10,924 nt of DNA from Promethearchaeota archaeon. GTDB lineage: Archaea; Asgardarchaeota; Lokiarchaeia; Sigyniarchaeales; SOKP01. Where the stretch lies: contig JABXKD010000103.1 of assembly GCA_013375475.1 (NCBI GenBank), positions 1-10,924 of the forward strand, written 5' to 3'. Under the pieces are notes generated by a model. That model worked only from the letters and a program-made list of their open reading frames with translations, was not told the DNA's origin and did no database searches. The translations under genes and the position numbers were made by a program. This document shows positions 6,672 to 10,924 of the stretch, piece after piece (the first letter of the stretch is position 1; each line of letters begins with the position of its first letter).

Positions 6672-9197
6672 CTAAGAATCGTCATATTTAAGGTACTTCC
6701 CTGTAATCGATTTCGGATTAGCAATTACTTCATGGGGAGTTCCCATAGCTATGACCTCTCCTCCTTTTGGACCACCTTCTGGCCCTAATTCGATGAGATA
6801 ATCGCAAAATGCTAAAATCTCAGGATCATGTTCAATAATGAGTATACTATTTCCCTCTTGCACTAATTGCTCTAAAAGCTCCATCAATTTAACCGCATCA
6901 TAAAAAGACAAACCAACAGTTGGTTCATCAAAAATATATAACGACTTTGTTTTTCTCGCCCTTCCAAGTTCTTTAGCAAGCTTTACTCGCTGGGCTTCAC
7001 CGCCACTCAAAGTTGGGGTAGGTTGTCCTAATGTTATATATCCCATTCCGATACTTTCAAGAATCTGCAAGATGTTTGATACATTATTATCTGAGCCAAA
7101 TAATTTTGATGCCTCAGAGACGGTCATATTTAATACATCTGCGATTGAATTATTTTTATACTTTACTTCTAATATTTCTGGTTTATATCTTAGTCCGTGG
7201 CATTCCTTACAAACAATATTAAAACTACTTAAAAATGATATTTTTAGATCTTGTTCACCCGTTCCTTTACAGGACGGACATCTACCTTTATCAGAATTAT
7301 AGGAAAAATGACCCGAAGTATATTTTCGTTTTTTAGATTCAGTTAATTTTGAAAATTTATCTCTAATTTTATCCCAAATGCCAATGTATGAGGCTGGGGT
7401 AGATGTTTTAACCCTTGAAATTGGTTTTTGACTGACAACTATAACTTCATCTAAGTTTTCCCATCCGTTCACCATTCCAGAGTATTCCAATAGCTCTTCA
7501 CCGTTCTCTTCCTCACCGTTCTCGTTATTTTTCTTTTTGTTTTTATCTGCACCTCGTTTGAACAAGGGTTGTAATAATGGAACTAATGTATCTAAGATTA
7601 GAGAACTTTTTCCAGATCCAGACACCCCTGCAATACCCACCATCATGCCTAAGGGTATTTCAACTTTCAAATTCTTTAAATTATTGGTCTTGGCATTTTT
7701 TATGGTTAGAAAATTAGTTGAATCATCGATTTTTTTCCTTAAATTGTCTGGTTTATCTGGCAATGAAATTTTTCCACTAAGAAATTGCCCTGTATAGGAG
7801 TTACTAATGTTTTTTAGTTCATCTAATCTTCCTTGAAATACTAATTTTCCACCGTTAATTCCTGCACCTGGCCCGATATCGATAATTTCGTCTGCTATCT
7901 CAATGAAACGCTTATCGTGCTCCACAATTATTATGGAATTTCCTAAATCTTTCAATTTCCTCAGAAGTTCTATTAACGAATCCTTTTCACGTTCGTGCAA
8001 ACTCATACTAGGCTCGTCAAGAATATATATAAGCGAATCAATACCCGCATCTAAATGGGTCATTAACGATAACCTTTGGAGTTCTCCACCGCTTAATGTG
8101 GGTAGTGCTCGATTTAGGTGGATATAGGATAGTCCAACATCTCTTATACTCTTTAATCCTTTGATTACAAGCTCGTTCATGTTCTTTCCTTGAATCGTTG
8201 ATAAGTCATCTTTTTTCAATCTTTCTAGAAAGGAGATGAGCTGGTCAATAGGCATTATACCTAACTCACCAATATGTCTATCCGATATTTTTACACTTCT
8301 TGCTTGCTCGTTTATTCGATATCCCTCACATTCATCGCATTTTTTTAATGACATGAAATTTTTGTGAATCTTATCTTTTCGATAGACGCTCTTTGATTCT
8401 GTAAGCGCACGCTCTATATGAGGGATAATTCCTTCAAATTTTCTATCTAAAATCCCCGTAAAGGTTTTCGAGTCCCAATCAAAAGGAAGAATTTTCCCGC
8501 TTCCATATAAAAAAACTTTTTTAACATTTTCCGGTAAATCTTTATATGATGTATTTAGGTCAAAATCGTAAAATTTGGGTAATTGTTCTACAAATCGGAT
8601 CTGATCGGCAAATACTGCTGAACCGTTTTTCGTAATTTGCATAAGATTTTTATTATAATCTTGGACTATCAATTCCTCAGTAAGATGCATTTGATATCCT
8701 CGTCCTTTACAAGCTAAACACATCCCACTTGGTTCGTTGAAGCTGAAGTGTTTAATCTCTAAGCGCTCTACAACCATTCCACATATATCGCACTCAAAGT
8801 TTTCTTTTACGGGTTCTTTACAAATAGGACAAATTAATTTCCCCTCTGTCGCATATAACATCCTTAAAAGATTGTATAATCTAGTTTTTGTACCAACAGT
8901 TGAACGAGGATTAAACACGCGAGTTGTCCGCTGCTCCACTGCTACCGTAGGACTCAAACCTTCAATCAAATCGAACGGTTTTTCATCTTCAAATTTGGGA
9001 GGAAATCCAATAGATTGTAAGTATCTATTCATCCCTTCGTCAAAAATGATGTCGAATGCTAGACTTGATTTGCCTGAACCTGAAACTCCTGTAATTAAAA
9101 CCATTTTCTTTTTAGGAATTTCCACATTTAAACCCTTTAAATTATGAAGTCTCGCTCCTACTACTTTTATTTTATCCATTTTTATCAAATCCTTCAT
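6672..9197 (-). CDS. uvrA: UvrA-family ABC ATPase, class II (UvrA2/DrrC/Ecm16-like), lacking the UvrB-binding domain
   Basis: GARLHNLK, two Walker A GVSGSGKSS, LSGGELQR and LSGGEAQR signatures, ILDEP/IFDEP, EHD twice, GPGAGINGG and GPEGGPKGG, and Zn motifs CPIC/CDIC, CLAC/CDEC, CPSC/CKEC. 841 aa with only 9 residues between CPIC and CDIC. Start is ATG 9197 (overlapping the upstream TGA) or ATG 9179. Confidence 0.93.
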   Translation of the reverse strand: MKDLIKMDKIKVVGARLHNLKGLNVEIPKKKMVLITGVSGSGKSSLAFDIIFDEGMNRYLQSIGFPPKFEDEKPFDLIEGLSPTVAVEQRTTRVFNPRSTVGTKTRLYNLLRMLYATEGKLICPICKEPVKENFECDICGMVVERLEIKHFSFNEPSGMCLACKGRGYQMHLTEELIVQDYNKNLMQITKNGSAVFADQIRFVEQLPKFYDFDLNTSYKDLPENVKKVFLYGSGKILPFDWDSKTFTGILDRKFEGIIPHIERALTESKSVYRKDKIHKNFMSLKKCDECEGYRINEQARSVKISDRHIGELGIMPIDQLISFLERLKKDDLSTIQGKNMNELVIKGLKSIRDVGLSYIHLNRALPTLSGGELQRLSLMTHLDAGIDSLIYILDEPSMSLHEREKDSLIELLRKLKDLGNSIIIVEHDKRFIEIADEIIDIGPGAGINGGKLVFQGRLDELKNISNSYTGQFLSGKISLPDKPDNLRKKIDDSTNFLTIKNAKTNNLKNLKVEIPLGMMVGIAGVSGSGKSSLILDTLVPLLQPLFKRGADKNKKKNNENGEEENGEELLEYSGMVNGWENLDEVIVVSQKPISRVKTSTPASYIGIWDKIRDKFSKLTESKKRKYTSGHFSYNSDKGRCPSCKGTGEQDLKISFLSSFNIVCKECHGLRYKPEILEVKYKNNSIADVLNMTVSEASKLFGSDNNVSNILQILESIGMGYITLGQPTPTLSGGEAQRVKLAKELGRARKTKSLYIFDEPTVGLSFYDAVKLMELLEQLVQEGNSILIIEHDPEILAFCDYLIELGPEGGPKGGEVIAMGTPHEVIANPKSITGKYLKYDDS
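7494..7523 (-). repeat. 15-bp in-frame tandem duplication encoding ENGEE x2 in the UvrA linker
   Basis: ctcttcaccgttctc / ttcctcaccgttctc (13/15 identical). Confidence 0.6.
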
Positions 9198-9622
9198 TTT
9201 AAATTTGGATTTAGTTTATAACCACAATCAAAACACTCAGCGTCGTGGACGCATATTTCTCCACCACATTCTGGACACTGATACAAATTTTCTTTTTCTT
9301 GAATCCAAAGCTCAAATCCAACCTCTTGAAGTCTCTTCAAATTCTTAACCAGACTAACACCATATCTTTTAGAATATATCTCATCAATCCTTTCCAAGTT
9401 TGAACAAGGAAAAGTGTTGCATTCGTAACAGAACTCAATTTCATTTTTTCTTATTAGAGCACATTCTTTTTTTATGAATGTACAATTTTTATTTCGAATC
9501 CTACAGCCTTTGCAACCCTGTTTGTACCCTTTTTCTTCGAGGAGATCTTTTTTCAATAACAAATACGATCTACAAGCTCCACAATATATTCCGCATGGTG
9601 CGGCTAAATTTTTTTCATACAT
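9194..9622 (-). CDS. DUF3795-type Cys-rich metal-binding protein with C-terminal zinc ribbon
   Basis: LAAPCGIYCGAC...CKGCR...CTFIKKEC...FCYECNTFPC, then CPECGGEICVHDAECFDCG. 15 Cys in 142 aa. The TGA stop overlaps the uvrA ATG (ATGA). Confidence 0.85.
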   Translation of the reverse strand: MYEKNLAAPCGIYCGACRSYLLLKKDLLEEKGYKQGCKGCRIRNKNCTFIKKECALIRKNEIEFCYECNTFPCSNLERIDEIYSKRYGVSLVKNLKRLQEVGFELWIQEKENLYQCPECGGEICVHDAECFDCGYKLNPNLK

Positions 9623-9655
9623 TTTTTTTCTCTCAAATTTTTATATATATTTAAT

Positions 9656-10672
9656 TTAATTATAAAATTCTTTCAAAACTTTTACAGCTTTTAAAGTAAG
9701 CCATTTACTTTCTTTTCCCTTTTGCTCGATATTTGCTTGCATTCGTCCATTAAAAGTTTTTTCTAAAATCCATCTCCCATTTTCATTTTGTTTTGCTATC
9801 ACTAGATCAACAGCACCTTGCATTCTATAATCTTTAAAACCTAACCTTGTTAATATCTCTAAAATTTCTAAAGCATCAGTTTTCCACATTAATGGAAAAC
9901 CAAACTGCGTCCATTCATTTTTAGCTACCGCATTTAAGTTATGACTCTGCTTATATATATGATGAACGAGTATATATTCAACTGCTTTACTAATAACACT
10001 TCTTATTCCTTCTGTTCTTTTAATAGGCGGAATTTCAACTAGTGCTTTTAAATTTTTAACAACACACATATAACAAGTATGTTTTCCCCAACATGCTTCG
10101 CCCTTTTTGGATCCGACATTATAGGGCCATTCATCAGGAACAGATTCCAAACCATCATCAAAACGCTGATAATTAACAATCCAATTTATCCCTTGTTGAA
10201 TTCTTGAATCCTTTAAATAACCAAATTTGATTAAGCTCCAAAGCATATTACCAGTAAGGCAAGGTAAAATTTTATTGTGATCCCCTCCATTTCCATTACC
10301 ATAATACGAGAACGCTCCAGACGACTTATCTTGCGAGTTTTTAAGGATAAACTCACATGATCTTCGAATTTTTTTATCCGCACCATCCGCACCGAGTTCT
10401 GCCAAAACTATTATTTGCCATACTGTTCCCTTATATTTAGTCTTGATATAAAAGTTTTCAGCAGTTTCCCAATAACCCTCTTCTTTTTGTTTATTAAGAA
10501 TCTTTGGGACCATTCCTTCCATCATTATTTTCTCTTTCGCTTCTGTAACTTCACTACTATTTTCATTTTGGCCTAATATATCTATTAATGTGAAGTATCG
10601 GACTGATGGATTGTTTACTTCTAATAACCAATCAGTAGGGTCAGAATTCAAATAGGATTTCCAATTAGTCAT
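9656..10672 (-). CDS. Prenyltransferase/squalene-oxidase (QW)-repeat alpha/alpha-barrel protein of unknown function
   Basis: QW-like repeats ILNKQKEEGYW, ILKNSQDKSSGAF, IVNYQRFDDG and VIAKQNENGRW, with DWLLE..NPSVRY at the N-terminus and SKWLTLKAVKVL at the C-terminus. Start is placed at ATG 10672 because the track's GTG (10684) is part of the AGGTGA RBS. Confidence 0.75.
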   Translation of the reverse strand: MTNWKSYLNSDPTDWLLEVNNPSVRYFTLIDILGQNENSSEVTEAKEKIMMEGMVPKILNKQKEEGYWETAENFYIKTKYKGTVWQIIVLAELGADGADKKIRRSCEFILKNSQDKSSGAFSYYGNGNGGDHNKILPCLTGNMLWSLIKFGYLKDSRIQQGINWIVNYQRFDDGLESVPDEWPYNVGSKKGEACWGKHTCYMCVVKNLKALVEIPPIKRTEGIRSVISKAVEYILVHHIYKQSHNLNAVAKNEWTQFGFPLMWKTDALEILEILTRLGFKDYRMQGAVDLVIAKQNENGRWILEKTFNGRMQANIEQKGKESKWLTLKAVKVLKEFYN

Positions 10673-10680
10673 CTGTTTTA

Positions 10681-10686
10681 TCACCT
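10681..10686 (-). promoter_or_regulatory. Shine-Dalgarno AGGTGA for the QW-repeat gene
   Basis: The - strand reads AGGTGA-taaaacag-ATG (8-nt spacer), 4 nt after the upstream TAA. Confidence 0.7.
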
Positions 10687-10690
10687 ATAT

Positions 10691-10924
10691 TTAGATTTTA
10701 ATTTTTGCTAAATTTTTAAACAAATTTTCCTCCAAGACGAGAATCTCTAACACTATATCACGTAATTCATTAAGATTTATTTGATTTAAACATTCATCTT
10801 TATAATCATCAGCAGAGTGTTTTAAAATTTCGGCAAAAGCGGTCCAATTCTTAGCAGATTTACTAATTAATGGTAAAGAATCTTCCAATATCTTGAATTC
10901 CATATTATTCCATGCCTTTGGACT
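10691..10924 (-). CDS. C-terminal part of a helical protein truncated by the window edge, tentatively DUF4872 (BtrH-like C-terminal domain)
   Basis: The frame is open to the window edge (SPKAWNNMEFKILEDSLPLISKSAKNWTAFAEILK...LRDIVLEILVLEENLFKNL). The 'SA..W...A..L ... I...EE..F..L' pattern recalls DUF4872 C-termini. The CDS is likely and the family is a weak recognition. Confidence 0.5.
   Translation of the reverse strand, partial: SPKAWNNMEFKILEDSLPLISKSAKNWTAFAEILKHSADDYKDECLNQINLNELRDIVLEILVLEENLFKNLAKIKI

Noticed and set aside
6672-9197. Canonical nucleotide-excision-repair uvrA
   Set aside because: The UvrB-binding domain is absent, the protein is about 100 aa short, and no uvrB or uvrC is adjacent.
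7031-9659. + strand ORFs 7031..7222, 7072..7302, 7537..7797, 7903..8127, 8737..9147 and 9474..9659
   Set aside because: They are antisense shadows of the uvrA-like and DUF3795 genes with no independent coding evidence.
9656-10684. NifH or squalene-hopene cyclase assignment, and GTG 10684 as start
   Set aside because: There is no GKGGIGKS P-loop, no DxDD motif, and the protein is about half the length of SHC. The GTG is part of the AGGTGA RBS serving ATG 10672.
10691-10903. A complete 70-aa small protein starting at ATG 10903
   Set aside because: The frame remains open to the window edge with no RBS before that ATG, so it is more likely the tail of a longer gene.

Overview
AT-rich (roughly one-third GC by eye), gene-dense prokaryotic window that is most likely archaeal. 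AGGTGA-type ribosome-binding sites, TATA-like boxes about 25 nt upstream of start codons, oligo-T tracts and the gene content fit an Asgard/Lokiarchaeia-like genome, but that is an inference. The + strand block holds the 3' end of a Liv-type (HAAT family) ABC transporter (livM partial, livG, livF), a 13-repeat HEAT/PBS-lyase-like protein, a long-chain acyl-CoA synthetase (FadD-like) and an HD-domain hydrolase. The convergent - strand block holds a truncated helical ORF at the right edge (possibly DUF4872/BtrH-like), a QW-repeat alpha/alpha-barrel protein, a 15-Cys DUF3795 protein, a class II UvrA lacking the UvrB-binding domain, and a two-TM membrane protein of unknown function. Two observations stand out. 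(1) The HEAT gene's frame and repeat pattern extend 48 codons upstream of the called GTG, to an ATT codon behind an AGGTGA RBS, which points to a non-canonical start. (2) The tightly packed barrel-DUF3795-UvrA2 cluster looks like a UvrB-independent DNA-protection or xenobiotic-resistance module. No rRNA, tRNA, CRISPR array or mobile element was seen.
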